From: Halarcobacter sp.
GTDB taxonomy: Bacteria; Campylobacterota; Campylobacteria; Campylobacterales; Arcobacteraceae
Reading direction: 5' to 3'
Assembly: GCA_963676565.1 (NCBI GenBank)
Contig: OY781089.1
Location: 1,568,001-1,632,000, forward strand
DNA: 64,000 bases
In this document: in pieces, positions 63,898 to 64,000 of the stretch
Position numbering within the stretch: the stretch's first letter is position 1
Layout of the letters: each line of letters opens with the position of its first letter
Translations under genes and position numbers: made by a program
Notes under the pieces: model-generated
Told to the model about the DNA's origin: nothing
Seen by the model: only the letters and a program-made list of their open reading frames with translations
Database searches by the model: none

Positions 63898-64000
63898 ATG
63901 AAAAAAGGTTTCTCTCTTTTGGAACTAATCTTCGCCATTGTTGTTATTGGAATAATCGCATCTTTTGCAATACCAAAATATCTAGACACAAGAGATGAAG
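63898..64000 (+). CDS. Prepilin-type N-terminal methylation protein (pseudopilin; runs off window)
   Basis: Not in the track: MKKGFSLLELIFAIVVIGIIASFAIPKYLDTRDE, with G|FxxxE cleavage motif and AAGGA SD. Confidence 0.88.
   Translation, partial: MKKGFSLLELIFAIVVIGIIASFAIPKYLDTRDE

Overview
Strongly AT-rich chromosomal window from a Campylobacterota bacterium, most likely Arcobacteraceae. This is inferred from gene content and order such as pyrH-rpoZ-spoT-tyrS-fabX-amiA, nifSU and cheV. Most of it is housekeeping: argH, argC, greA, lpxH, ppk2, uvrB, nth, rpiB, lepB, folD, rplY, pth, pdxJA, trpE, glyA, lysS, ispG, dnaB. The first 16 kb is a sulfur/Fe-S-rich region: sufBCDSE, tsdA preceded by a Cache protein-regulator-kinase trio, an amino-acid ABC pair plus methyltransferase, an atypical MCE locus, and nifSU. 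An accessory patch at 30-36.7 kb holds an OprC-like TonB receptor, small hypothetical proteins, a tandem HD protein and a DUF2156+GNAT pair. I saw no rRNA, tRNA, CRISPR, IS or prophage. The best leads are (1) a 25-bp quasi-palindrome shared (22/25 identical) by the suf and nifSU upstream regions, plus a sigma54-type promoter at nifS; (2) a possible split three-component sensor next to tsdA; (3) two genes that appear to start at ATT codons; (4) leaderless uvrB and near-leaderless ispG; and (5) unannotated small ORFs. Product calls come from motif recognition only; no database searches were run.
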